Below, in pieces: positions 17,913 through 27,550 of a stretch of DNA of 64,000 bases. A program made the position numbers and the translations under genes. The notes beneath the pieces were generated by a model. That model saw nothing but the letters and a program-made list of their open reading frames with translations. It searched no databases and was not told the DNA's origin. The stretch spans positions 2,032 to 66,031 of the forward strand of contig JBAZXV010000006.1 in the NCBI GenBank assembly GCA_041659685.1, written 5' to 3'. This DNA is from Parcubacteria group bacterium (GTDB lineage Bacteria > Patescibacteriota > Minisyncoccia > Moranbacterales > UBA11712). The first letter of the stretch is position 1; each line of letters begins with the position of its first letter.

Positions 17913-19190
17913 CTATTTAATGCTTTCCAGGAGTTGAAAAACCTTCTCGTTGGTCAGCATGCCTTTCGTGTAATCGTATAACTTTGCCATGTCGACGCTT
18001 TTTTCCATTTCGGGAAAACTTTTGTAGTAAGCGAGAACTTTATTCATTTCTTCTTCGATTTCTTTGCTGTCGATTTCAATCTGTTCTGCTTTCGCAATTT
18101 CGCGCAAAGCCAAAGCGGCTTTAACTCTTTTCTCGGCTGTTTCCCGCCAATTATCCAGGAGTTCTTTTTTTGTCTTCTTTATCTGCTCCAGATAAGAATC
18201 AAAGTTCAACCCCATTTGAGCGATATTCTGCTCGAATTCAGCCGTCATTTTTTCAAGCTCTCCTTTGATAAGTATTTCAGGCACTTCTATTTGGCTATTA
18301 TCAACAATTTCTTCGATTGCCTTCGTTCTCCACTCCTCTTTGTTTTTTTTCTTTTGCTCCGATTCCATTCCCTCTTTTACACTGGCCTTCAGCTTTTCCA
18401 GATTTTCAAAATTACCGAGACTTTTCGCAAATTCATCATTAATTTCGGGAACCTCTTTTTCCTGAACAAGGTTTACCTTTACCTTAAAATCAGCTTCTTT
18501 TCCGGCCAAGTCTTTCTTGTGGTAGTCTTTCGGAAAATCGAGCTTAAATTCTTTCTCGTCCCCTTCCTTCATTCCAATTAAGTTGTCTTCAAAGCCGGGA
18601 ATAAAATAATCCTCTCCGACAGTAAGCGGGTGGTTCTTGCTTGTTCCGCCCTCGATTGTTTTGCCTCCGATCTTAACCTCAAAGTCTATTTCGGCTCTAT
18701 CCCCTTTTTTAATCGGCCGGTTAACAGTAATTAGCTTTGCCCGGTTTCCGGCCAGATTTTTGAGTTCCCCTTCCACCTGTTCAGCCGTGATTTCTTTATC
18801 TTCTTCCTTCTTTATCTTCTTTATTTCTTTTCTGTGATTTCCCAGAGTTATCTCGGGCATAACGCTGACAACTGCCTTGTATTCCAGATCGTTGCCTGGA
18901 GCGATTTTAGTGATCGTTATCTTCGGTTCGCCTATTGTTTCGATCTTTTCTTTTACTACGAAGTCTGCGTAGGTTTTTTTCACCGCTTTCTCGGCTGCGT
19001 GGGCCAAAACTTTTTCAGTTCCCACCTTTTGCTCCACAATTTTCCGGGGAGCTTTTCCGGGGCGAAAGCCATCGGCTTTGATGTCTTTCGAAATTTCTTC
19101 CGCTGCATGATCAAGGTAAGTTTCGAGATCTTTTGCCGGAACGGAAATGTCTATTTCAATTTGAGAATTAGGAAGTTTTTTTATCTGCAT
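17913..19190 (-). CDS. tig: Trigger factor
   Basis: GFRPGKAP, FIPGFEDNLIG, FPKDYH, PEINDEFAK. Confidence 0.97.
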   Translation of the reverse strand: MQIKKLPNSQIEIDISVPAKDLETYLDHAAEEISKDIKADGFRPGKAPRKIVEQKVGTEKVLAHAAEKAVKKTYADFVVKEKIETIGEPKITITKIAPGNDLEYKAVVSVMPEITLGNHRKEIKKIKKEEDKEITAEQVEGELKNLAGNRAKLITVNRPIKKGDRAEIDFEVKIGGKTIEGGTSKNHPLTVGEDYFIPGFEDNLIGMKEGDEKEFKLDFPKDYHKKDLAGKEADFKVKVNLVQEKEVPEINDEFAKSLGNFENLEKLKASVKEGMESEQKKKNKEEWRTKAIEEIVDNSQIEVPEILIKGELEKMTAEFEQNIAQMGLNFDSYLEQIKKTKKELLDNWRETAEKRVKAALALREIAKAEQIEIDSKEIEEEMNKVLAYYKSFPEMEKSVDMAKLYDYTKGMLTNEKVFQLLESIK

Positions 19191-19723
19191 TATTTTTTAA
19201 ATTTCTTATTATAAAGTTCAACGCTCTTTTTGACTGCTTCAAACGCTTTTTCTTTTCCTTCCGTTCCATCAATAGTAACCACTTTGTCCTCGATGGATTT
19301 ATATGTTTCGAAAAAATGCTTTATTTCCTTTATGGTATAAGGATTAATATCACCGAGGTCGTTTACGTTTTCCCATCGAGGATCCTTCACCGGAACGGCG
19401 ATAATCTTATCATCCGATTCCCCGCTGTCAACCATGTGCATAATCGCTACCGGCCTAACCTTGAGAAGTATACCGGGATGGATCGGATAAGTCGCCAGGA
19501 CAACGATATCCAGAGCATCTCCGTCTTCCCAGAGCGTTTGAGGGGCAAATCCGTAATCGAAGGGGAAGTCCTGGGCGGTCTTCATGGCTCTGTCAAGCTT
19601 TATGAGGCCGGTTTCCTTATCGATCTCATACTTGTTTTTTGATCCCTTGGGATTTTCAATGATGACATTAAACTCTTCAGGAGCTTTTTCTCCAAGCGGT
19701 AAATCGTGCCAAAGATTAGTCAT
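19190..19723 (-). CDS. ppa: Family I inorganic pyrophosphatase
   Basis: KNKYEIDK, YGFAPQT, EDGDALD, DDKIIAV, HFFETYK. Confidence 0.96.
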   Translation of the reverse strand: MTNLWHDLPLGEKAPEEFNVIIENPKGSKNKYEIDKETGLIKLDRAMKTAQDFPFDYGFAPQTLWEDGDALDIVVLATYPIHPGILLKVRPVAIMHMVDSGESDDKIIAVPVKDPRWENVNDLGDINPYTIKEIKHFFETYKSIEDKVVTIDGTEGKEKAFEAVKKSVELYNKKFKK

Positions 19724-19743
19724 TTTTTTAAATTTAATATTTA

Positions 19744-21095
19744 TTATTTTTCGTCTTTTCCTTTTTCCGGATCATTTTTATCGGATTCTTTGTCACTTTT
19801 TTTTAACTTCGTTTCTTTTTTCTTCTTTTTCTCTCCCGGCTCCCCCTTGTCTTTTGCGCTGATATCTTTATCCTCAGAATCTTCCGAATCAGTTGCCGGC
19901 TCTTTTTCCTCATTCTTTTCTTCGCCGGACAATACGTCTATTTTCCAGCCGGTTAGTTTTGCCGCGAGTCTGACGTTTTGTCCTTGTTTTCCTATGGCAA
20001 GCGATAATTGATCGGATGGGACAGTTACGCGGGCTTCTTTTTTTGCTTCATTAATGCTGACGCCCAGAACTTTTGCCGGCGAAAGGGCGTTGGAAATGAA
20101 TTTCGCCACGTCGTCGTTCCACTCGATGATATCAATTTTCTCTCCTCCAAGTTCATCAATAACAGCCTGGACCCGTGTCCCCTTTTGTCCGACACAGGAT
20201 CCGATAGGGTCAATTCCTTCTTCGGTTGAGGCCACGGCTATTTTGGTGCGCGAACCGGCTTCTCTTGCCATTGCCTTTATTTCAACCGTTCCGGCAAAAA
20301 TTTCGGGTACCTCTATTTCAAAAAGTTTTTGCACCAGCGCCGGATGCGAACGGGAAAGAACAATTCCCGGACCTTTGGGATCAGCCTCGACTTTCATAAT
20401 ATAAACCTTGAGTCTTTGTCCGAGCCGATATCTTTCGCCCTCTACTTGTTCGGAAGGGAAAAGAACGCCTGTTGATTTTCCGAGATCAACAAAAATGTTG
20501 CGTCCTTCGATTCTTTGAATTATGCCGCTTAATACCTCGCCTTCTTTTTGCTTGTATTCGTCATACATGGCATCACGTTCCGCCTCTCTTATTTTTTGGA
20601 TAATAACTTGTTTGGCAGTTTGCGCGGCAACCCTTCCATAATCGTTTTTTGGTTCAAGTTTTTCCTCAATAATATCTCCCACCTTGGCATCTTTCTTTGC
20701 TTTTTGGGCCTCTCCCAGGGTAAGATCTCTCTCAGGGTTATAGCGGGGAATCTTAATTTGACCTTCCTCGATTTTTTCTTCATTTTTCGCAATTTCTTCC
20801 GGTGCAGATTCCTTGTCTTCCTCAGTTTCGAAAACGCGGGTAGATTCATCAACAACCTCCTTTACCAAATAAAATCGGCTCCGCCAGTAATTTCGTTGAA
20901 CTGAGCCCGGATGTGCTGGCCGCGCCGGCCGTAATCTTTCTTATAAGCAGCCGCCAGGGCAGATTCAATTGCCTCAACGACCTTATCTTTGGATATTCCT
21001 TTTTCTTCGCAAATTTGAGCGATAGCGCTTCCAAACTGGCCAAGGCGGCCGGCTGATTGCGAATCTTCCGTATTAATTTTTTTTCGTTTAGCCAT
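19744..21095 (-). CDS. nusA: Transcription factor NusA, split by an apparent 1-nt frameshift near 20870
   Basis: N-terminal ORF 20862-21095 (ICEEKGI..ALAAAYKKDY) plus ORF 19744-20868 (GRVAAQTAKQVIIQ, S1, KH: DPIGSCVG, LSLAIGKQGQNVRLA). Confidence 0.92.
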
Positions 21096-21173
21096 ATTTC
21101 AATGTTAAAAGTAAAAATGAAGAGGAACAAAATGAATGTTTTTCCCCTTTATTTTTGCTTTTTATTTTTAAAT

Positions 21174-21194
21174 AAAAAGTCCGATCGCTCGGAC
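21174..21194 (-). promoter_or_regulatory. Leader hairpin plus U-tract (candidate attenuator) upstream of nusA
   Basis: Minus strand GTCCGA-gcga-TCGGAC-TTTTT between promoter and start codon. Confidence 0.6.
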
Positions 21195-21222
21195 ACAAAC
21201 CAACACTTCAGTACTAAGTACT

Positions 21223-21251
21223 AATTTAGCGGAGAAAAATATTCTTGTCAA
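21223..21251 (-). promoter_or_regulatory. nusA operon promoter
   Basis: Minus strand TTGACA-17nt-TAAATT. Confidence 0.6.
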
Positions 21252-21253
21252 GA

Positions 21254-21280
21254 AAACCCCTGCCTGGACGGCAGGGGTTT
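21254..21280 (-). terminator. Terminator of the TPR membrane-protein gene
   Basis: AAACCCCTGCC-5nt-GGCAGGGGTTT. Confidence 0.75.
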
Positions 21281-21308
21281 AGAGCTGGCTGTTATTGATC
21301 CGGTTTGA

Positions 21309-23900
21309 CTAATTCTGAGGCGGATTTTGCTGTTCATTCGTATTCTCAATCGGCGTTTCCGGCGGAACAGGCTGCTGCTCGCGCTGGACAGAAGGTTGAT
21401 TTTGCTCGGACTGGCCGCTGGTGCTCTGGTTTACAGCACTTTCTTCAAGTCCGCTGAGGGCGCTTTTCCCTGCCTCCAAGTTTGAGACAATTTTTTTAAT
21501 ATCTTCGTTGTCAGGATTCAACTCAGCCACTTTTTTGAATTGTTCAAGGGCTTTTTGCTTGTTGTTTTGTTTGTCATAGATGAGGCCGAGAAAGTATCGG
21601 GCGTTGGAATAATTTTCGGCGAGTTTAACCGCCTGTTCGAGCTCCGCCTTGGCCTGGTCGTATTTTTCCGCTTTATAATAGAAAACTCCAAGCTGGAAAA
21701 TGATGCCCACATCCTGAGAATTCATTTGCTTGCTTTCTTCCAACTTTGCAATGGCTTCATCAATTTTACCGAGTCTGTCGAGAGTTACGGCAATCATAAA
21801 CTGGGCGGGAATGTAGTTGTTTTTTGCATCAACAGCTTTCTCGAAGTTCTGCTGAGCCGAGACAATGTACTCTTTTGCCTTATCGGAAAGCTGGGGAGTC
21901 TTGCCGGATCCTTGCTGCTGGCTGGAGTTTTTTGCGGTATCGAGATCAGCCATCATGAGATATATTTGACCGATTTGGTAATAACTCGAAGGATTTTTCG
22001 GATCGTATTTCAACGATTCCAAATATTCATCTCGCGAGGCTTCGTCGGCTCCGTCTTTTGACCCGATTACATTTTGGTTGATTTGGGCGAGTTGAACGAT
22101 ATTGTCAGGATTTTTTTGATTCAAGCTGATAGCCGTTTGGGCTTCTTGTTCGGCGGCGAAATACAAGTTGCTGATTTCCGCCCGGTCATTTTCGGATAAG
22201 TTTTCTGCTCCTTTTTGGGAAATTCTGTCATTAAGGGCGGCAAATAATGCGACAGAAAGATTGCGATGATAGAGATCGCGGTTTGGGTCAAGATTAACCA
22301 CCCGGGAAAGTTTATTCACAAGATCGTCAACCTTGGCTCCCTGTACATCGCTCGCCAGGGCTTTATTGTATGCAACAGCCGCAACATATCTTTGACCCTC
22401 AAGAAAGATGAGCGAGATAAATCCGACGATGATCAAAACAAAAACAAATGAAAGAATGAGAGATACGCGCGGGGAACTGGTTTCGCTGATAATTTCCTCT
22501 TTTTTCTGGAAAAACAGGGAGGTCAGAACAATTATGGAAGCCGTAGCCACCCACCACATGAAATCGACGGTAATGTTCGACGGGTAAAGGAAATAAACCA
22601 GAGTAAGATAGAACCACATAGCTGTGAGGCCAATAAGCATATATGTTCCTTCCTGGTTTTTTCCGAATATCTTTACGAATGAAGAGAATATATACACCAG
22701 AACTGATCCAATCAGAAAAAGAAACGCAATCGCTCCGAGAAAGCCGGTTGTGGTGGCTATGGTGAAAAATCTGCTGCTGGCCTCGTTGAATTTAACCGAC
22801 CAAAAATTAGTAAGGTTGATTTCGTTCGGCTTGCTTTTCAGGTAAGCCAAATCATAAGAAGACATTCCGGGCCCAAGAAGAAAGTCATCCTTCCAGGCTC
22901 CTTTCATGACGTCATAAGAGGCGCTTGATGACAGTCCCACTTCTACCGGAAGCTGCGCCCTTACAATTGATCCTCTTTTTCCAATAAGAGTTGCGAGCAG
23001 GATCAGGGTTAAAACTACCATAGGGAATATTAAGGCCCGATTTTTTTCTTCATTTCCGCTTGTCATGATTGCTAGCCCGAGAAGAATAGCCATGCCAATC
23101 AAGAACACGATGAGAGAAGTTCCGAAATTTACCATTATAATGGTAAAGATAAAGATCAAGGAGAAAATAATAAGAGCAATTTTAACCGGAAGGGATTGCT
23201 TCTCGAGAAGCATCGCAACCGTAAGAATCAGAATGGCTCCTACGAAAATAGCCAGAGCATAAACAGATCCTACGGAATTAAATGAATTTTGGGCGACAGC
23301 CTGATTTTTAAAGATGAACTTTCCAAATATTTGAAATATTGCGTAAATATTGGCAATGGCGGATGATCCGATGATAGTCAAGGCCAGAACATTTATTTTT
23401 TTTCTGGTGTTGAAATTATTCGTGACTACCAAAAATAACGCGATCAGCGCGACAATAGAAACCAGAGACATACTCTCTGTTCCAAAGCTTCCCCACATGC
23501 TCTGGTCCCGATAAATAGAGAAAACAGTATTAAGCGCCAAAATGAAGAGCAGTAATAGTATAGGAATAAGAAGGAAGTTTTTCTTTACTCGAATTTTTCC
23601 TTCCCAAGCAAGTTTTCCAACCCATGCCAAAAAAGCAATCCCTCCGAGAACAACGATCAGTATTTGCTTATTGAGCTCAAGTACGCTTGGAACAATCGGG
23701 AGAAAGAAGATCGGCACCAGGAAAGCGAGAAGATAAACCGCACCTGATATAATCCAGTCAATAATCTTTGGCGCCTGCGCATCTTTTTTTGGCTGGGGTG
23801 AACTTGGCGCGTTGGTCCCCTCTTCTCTTTGGCCAGCATAACGTTCCGCCGGCCTTCTCGGAGAAAGAAATTCTCCCGATCTTTTCAGATTGATTTTCAT
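21309..23900 (-). CDS. Polytopic O-antigen-ligase-like membrane protein with C-terminal TPR repeats
   Basis: Many TM helices, LLGPG loop, TPRs (NYSNARYFLGLIY..KVAELNPDN). Confidence 0.8.
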   Translation of the reverse strand: MKINLKRSGEFLSPRRPAERYAGQREEGTNAPSSPQPKKDAQAPKIIDWIISGAVYLLAFLVPIFFLPIVPSVLELNKQILIVVLGGIAFLAWVGKLAWEGKIRVKKNFLLIPILLLLFILALNTVFSIYRDQSMWGSFGTESMSLVSIVALIALFLVVTNNFNTRKKINVLALTIIGSSAIANIYAIFQIFGKFIFKNQAVAQNSFNSVGSVYALAIFVGAILILTVAMLLEKQSLPVKIALIIFSLIFIFTIIMVNFGTSLIVFLIGMAILLGLAIMTSGNEEKNRALIFPMVVLTLILLATLIGKRGSIVRAQLPVEVGLSSSASYDVMKGAWKDDFLLGPGMSSYDLAYLKSKPNEINLTNFWSVKFNEASSRFFTIATTTGFLGAIAFLFLIGSVLVYIFSSFVKIFGKNQEGTYMLIGLTAMWFYLTLVYFLYPSNITVDFMWWVATASIIVLTSLFFQKKEEIISETSSPRVSLILSFVFVLIIVGFISLIFLEGQRYVAAVAYNKALASDVQGAKVDDLVNKLSRVVNLDPNRDLYHRNLSVALFAALNDRISQKGAENLSENDRAEISNLYFAAEQEAQTAISLNQKNPDNIVQLAQINQNVIGSKDGADEASRDEYLESLKYDPKNPSSYYQIGQIYLMMADLDTAKNSSQQQGSGKTPQLSDKAKEYIVSAQQNFEKAVDAKNNYIPAQFMIAVTLDRLGKIDEAIAKLEESKQMNSQDVGIIFQLGVFYYKAEKYDQAKAELEQAVKLAENYSNARYFLGLIYDKQNNKQKALEQFKKVAELNPDNEDIKKIVSNLEAGKSALSGLEESAVNQSTSGQSEQNQPSVQREQQPVPPETPIENTNEQQNPPQN

Positions 23901-24130
23901 TTTAATCTTTATTATTAATTATGATATTAAATTTATGGACAAAATTAACACCCCGCAATTATCGCAAGACATGGGTGAATATTAATAGATATATTTCTTT
24001 TTATTTCTGTTCTCCCACGCCAATATACGGGGCTCGTTAGGGTAATTATAGCAACTAAAAATATTTTGTCCAACACTCATGGATTTTGATATTTTGAGGG
24101 TTGAGAAAGTATATATTGACCGCATCTAAA

Positions 24131-25603
24131 CTAGCGCATGCTAGCGTGAAAAAATTTTTCTGCCGATAATTTAAGAAAAATTATTGGGATAAAGAAAACA
24201 ATCATTCCAAGCTTAATATCCCAAAAATAGTGATCAAACAAGGAAATGAAAAGAAAAGAAAATATAATACAATAAAAAGATAAGTATGTCAACTCTCCAT
24301 ATGATATGCTTTTTCTATTGATCTTCGGCCTCATGGTCACAGAAAAGAAAAGGAGTAAGAATATAACCCCAACGATTCCTAGCTCGCTAAAGACTAATAG
24401 GTAGATATTGTGAACGGGTTGGTATTGCCATCCTTCCATGTCTGGATATTTTTTAAATTCGCCAAAAACAAATTGCCCTATGCCGATTCCTGTCAGTGGA
24501 TGGTGAGAAATTGTTTCATATGAAACACGTTGGTATAAATTTCTTTCTTCAAGTGACTGCGTAGAAAATATTGAAGTTGCATTGATATGTGATTGGGCAA
24601 AGAATGTAACGGAGATTATTAAGATAAATATTAACACGATAATCTCACGCCGAAATATTTTTTTGAACAGCAATTTTCTGAACCAAAGAAGGCCAAGTAT
24701 CAGGCCAAGCAGGAGTCCAATAATTGCAGATCTCGAAAATGTTAATAATAATCCCATTAATAAGATTGCAAAGGTGATGACCAAGAATTGAGTTGGTATG
24801 TGATAAAAAAAAGTTCCACGTGAAACTTCCATATTGTTTTTTGCAAATACAAGACGTTTTAGCAGTAATGACAAAATAAAGAAAATTGTGATTATCAAAA
24901 AACCAGCTAAAATATTGGGATGCGGAAATGTTCCGTAGGCGCGAATATGCTTTTCTCCCCGTATGATTATTTTTGCTACCCCTTCGATGTTGCTGGCCAA
25001 AATACTCTCGCCCATCCAATGGATTCCGACTGATCTATTGAGGAAAAATTGTGCACTGCCTAAAATAGACTGAAAAAGACCGTTAATGATTAACGCCAAG
25101 AAGGCTACGTCGATCCAATTCGAGTTTTTTAGCGATTTAATGCTGATATAAGAGAAAACCAATATCTCTAAAAATGTTGAGAATCTGTAAAGCGCAAAGG
25201 CCTTATTTTGGGACCAAGAAATTGAGATTCCCATCCAAAAGATAAATACAGTTAACAATAATGTTTCACGTGAAACATTATTTAAACACTGTATTACACT
25301 TGATATAAATCGTATTACGTGGTCTAATAATGAATTATCAGATAAATCCCATACAAATTGACTATACAACCATTTTATAGTATAAATAATTATAACGGCC
25401 AACATCAGAAAATCCGCCCAACCAAGACTAGGCGTCAGGTATTCATTGAATGTTCCATCGAGAAAAGAATAAGGCGTTAAAAAAACCTTACGGATATTGA
25501 AAGAGAAAGCGGCCAAAAACAAAATGATCAAAATTTTTTCCGCATTTTGCCGGAAATACTGAAAATTTACGCGAATATTGCCCATATAAAATAAGTCTAG
25601 CAT
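24131..25603 (-). CDS. O-antigen ligase (Wzy_C/WaaL-like) family protein
   Basis: RAYGTFPHPNILAGFL, TFSRSA, HPLTGIGIGQF, QPVHNIYLL..ELGIVG. Confidence 0.88.
   Translation of the reverse strand: MLDLFYMGNIRVNFQYFRQNAEKILIILFLAAFSFNIRKVFLTPYSFLDGTFNEYLTPSLGWADFLMLAVIIIYTIKWLYSQFVWDLSDNSLLDHVIRFISSVIQCLNNVSRETLLLTVFIFWMGISISWSQNKAFALYRFSTFLEILVFSYISIKSLKNSNWIDVAFLALIINGLFQSILGSAQFFLNRSVGIHWMGESILASNIEGVAKIIIRGEKHIRAYGTFPHPNILAGFLIITIFFILSLLLKRLVFAKNNMEVSRGTFFYHIPTQFLVITFAILLMGLLLTFSRSAIIGLLLGLILGLLWFRKLLFKKIFRREIIVLIFILIISVTFFAQSHINATSIFSTQSLEERNLYQRVSYETISHHPLTGIGIGQFVFGEFKKYPDMEGWQYQPVHNIYLLVFSELGIVGVIFLLLFFSVTMRPKINRKSISYGELTYLSFYCIIFSFLFISLFDHYFWDIKLGMIVFFIPIIFLKLSAEKFFHASMR
24512..24527. 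promoter_or_regulatory. parS-like site
   Basis: TGTTTCATATGAAACA, a palindrome with 2 central mismatches to the parS consensus. Confidence 0.6.
24812..24827. promoter_or_regulatory. parS-like site
   Basis: AGTTCCACGTGAAACT. Confidence 0.7.
25262..25277. promoter_or_regulatory. parS site (perfect consensus)
   Basis: TGTTTCACGTGAAACA within a 26-bp perfect palindrome at 25257-25282. Confidence 0.88.
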
Positions 25604-25661
25604 AATAATATTGACTTAAGAAAATATTTCACATTGATAGGTTCTATGGTACGATGCTTAT

Positions 25662-26342
25662 ATGAAGCGACCGAATGTGAAACAAAAAGTCTTAGAGCTT
25701 AGAAAAAGAGGAAAAACTTATAAGGAAATTTTGAATGCTTTAAAAGTCGATGTGCCTAAAAGCACTTTGTCTTGCTGGTGCCGTTCAATATTTTTGCCAA
25801 GCGGTTATCGAAGAAAAGTGCGTAAATATAATTTAATTAATTTGGAGAAAGCCCGAAAAATAGCGTTGCTGGTTAGAAAGAAAAAAAGATATGCTTATCT
25901 TGAGTTGCTGAAAAACCGCAATGTTCATCTTTCAAAATTGATACAAAATAGAAACATTGCAAAAATAGCACTTGCATCGTTATATCTCGGAGAGGGGCAG
26001 GGAAACATAAAAAGAGGTTCTTTGATGTTTGGGAATTCCAATCCATTAATAATAAAATTATTTCTTAATCTCTTGAGGCGCTGTTATGATATTGACGAAA
26101 AAAAATTTCGTTGCACGCTTCAATGCAGGGCTGATCAAAATGTTAAAAAATTGGAAATATTTTGGTCACATGCAACCGGAATTTCTGCTGGTCAATTCTA
26201 CAAAGCGCAGATAGATCCCCGTACTAAAGGTAAACCTTCAAAAAAATTAGACTATAAGGGAGTTTGCAGAATAGATTATTTTTCGGCAGAGATATTGATT
26301 GAGTTATTGCAAATTCCCGAAATAATTGGTAGGTTGATGTAA
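25662..26342 (+). CDS. HTH plus LAGLIDADG-like putative homing endonuclease
   Basis: N-terminal HTH (LRKRGKTYKEI..VPKSTLSCW), LASLYLGEG helix, FGNSNP, FWS, YKGVCRI; extended -10 TGgTACGAT 6 nt before the ATG. Confidence 0.7.
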   Translation: MKRPNVKQKVLELRKRGKTYKEILNALKVDVPKSTLSCWCRSIFLPSGYRRKVRKYNLINLEKARKIALLVRKKKRYAYLELLKNRNVHLSKLIQNRNIAKIALASLYLGEGQGNIKRGSLMFGNSNPLIIKLFLNLLRRCYDIDEKKFRCTLQCRADQNVKKLEIFWSHATGISAGQFYKAQIDPRTKGKPSKKLDYKGVCRIDYFSAEILIELLQIPEIIGRLM

Positions 26343-26349
26343 TGATAAA

Positions 26350-26422
26350 GGGCCGTTGGCGCAGTTGGTAGCGCGTCTCGATGGCATCGAGAAGGTCACC
26401 GGTTCAAGTCCGGTACGGTCCA
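26350..26422 (+). tRNA. tRNA-Ala(GGC)
   Basis: GGGCCGT/ACGGTCC with G3-U70; TCTCG-AT GGC AT-CGAGA. Confidence 0.96.
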
Positions 26423-26425
26423 CAA

Positions 26426-26764
26426 ATGCAATCAAAAAAATTTCAACGCCGAATTGAAGACTTTGTCTGTGAAAAATGCGCAGTGTTAGTCAAAGGCAAT
26501 GGATACACGGACCATTGCCCGAATTGTTTATATGGAAAACATGTGGATGTGAACCCTGGTGACCGCGCGGCCAGTTGCGGAGGAATAATGGAGCCGGTGC
26601 GGGCGGAGGTAAAAGGCGGAAAATATTTGCTATATTATATATGTAAGGAATGCGGGCATAAATTTCGGGTGAAATCATCCAAGGATGATAACTTCGAAAC
26701 GCTTGTAAAAATAAATCGAAGGGTGAACCTTTCTAGTCCAATAGATAAAGCCATCTTGTCCTAG
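26426..26764 (+). CDS. RNHCP-domain zinc-binding protein
   Basis: FVCEKC..YTDHCPNCLYGKHVD..PGDRAASCGGIMEP..CKECG; ATG 26426 follows the tRNA. Confidence 0.85.
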   Translation: MQSKKFQRRIEDFVCEKCAVLVKGNGYTDHCPNCLYGKHVDVNPGDRAASCGGIMEPVRAEVKGGKYLLYYICKECGHKFRVKSSKDDNFETLVKINRRVNLSSPIDKAILS

Positions 26765-26793
26765 TTGACTAATATGGTTCGTTATGATAAAAT
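26765..26793 (+). promoter_or_regulatory. Promoter for a probably leaderless transcript
   Basis: TTGACT-17nt-TAAAAT, with ATG 26801 seven nt after the -10. Confidence 0.65.
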
Positions 26794-26800
26794 GGACTTA

Positions 26801-27475
26801 ATGGCAAAAAATCCTTTAAGTACAAATCAGATAAAAAGAATTGTCCATCTTAGGAAGCGCGGGCATAGTCTTCCTGAAATTAGAAATAAAACAGGTCACG
26901 GAAAGGCTACAATTTTCAAGTACATTCAAAATGTTGAAATTCTCCCTAGATTTATAGAGCGATGGAATAATCGTAAAAAAAGTAGTGTATCCCGGATGAT
27001 TGAAAATCAAAAAAAGGCTCGAATTGAGGCGGAAGCTGTAATTAGGGAGATAACTAGAAAGGACAAAATTCTAATCATTGGATGCTTGTATTGGGCTGAA
27101 GGGAACAAAAAAGATTTCAGCCTATCGAATACTGATCCTGTTTTAATAAAAACTTTTATAGATTATCTGTCGGAAATAGGGGTCAAAAAAAATGATTTAA
27201 GGGTAACAGTCAGGGTTTACGAGGATATAAATATAAAGAAGGCGTGTAAATTTTGGGCAAGAGTCGTAGGGATTTCAGTGAATAAAATCAGAAATATTAA
27301 CATTCTTAAGGGAAAGAAGAAGGGAAAATTAAGATATGGAATGTGTAGGATCAGAGTAGCAAAAGGGTCATATTTTTTGAAACTTCTTAGAGCAGTAAAA
27401 GACATTATTGGAGAAAATGTTATTCCTCCCCATAGTTCAACGGATCAGAACAAGGGACTCCTAAGCCCTAGATGA
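26801..27475 (+). CDS. HTH plus LAGLIDADG-like putative homing endonuclease (3' end overlaps tRNA-Arg)
   Basis: LRKRGHSLPEI HTH, IGCLYWAEG, LSNTDP, FWARVVGI, YGMCRIRV; paralogue of 25662-26342. Confidence 0.7.
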   Translation: MAKNPLSTNQIKRIVHLRKRGHSLPEIRNKTGHGKATIFKYIQNVEILPRFIERWNNRKKSSVSRMIENQKKARIEAEAVIREITRKDKILIIGCLYWAEGNKKDFSLSNTDPVLIKTFIDYLSEIGVKKNDLRVTVRVYEDINIKKACKFWARVVGISVNKIRNINILKGKKKGKLRYGMCRIRVAKGSYFLKLLRAVKDIIGENVIPPHSSTDQNKGLLSPR

Positions 27476-27498
27476 AGGTTCGATTCCTTCTGGGGAGA
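27426..27498 (+). tRNA. tRNA-Arg(CCT)
   Basis: CTCCCCA/TGGGGAG; AGGGA-CT CCT AA-GCCCT (31-39 A.G mismatch); T-arm GAAGG-TTCGATT-CCTTC. Confidence 0.88.
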
Positions 27499-27550
27499 CA
27501 AAAAGTAATCGGGTAAAATTTCTGCCAAGGGCAAAAGATAGAGAATATAT

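Noticed and set aside
20589-20863. 88-aa alternative-frame ORF inside nusA preceded by AAGGAGG
   Set aside because: The SD-like sequence is explained by Lys-Glu-Val codons of NusA, and the product has no recognisable features.
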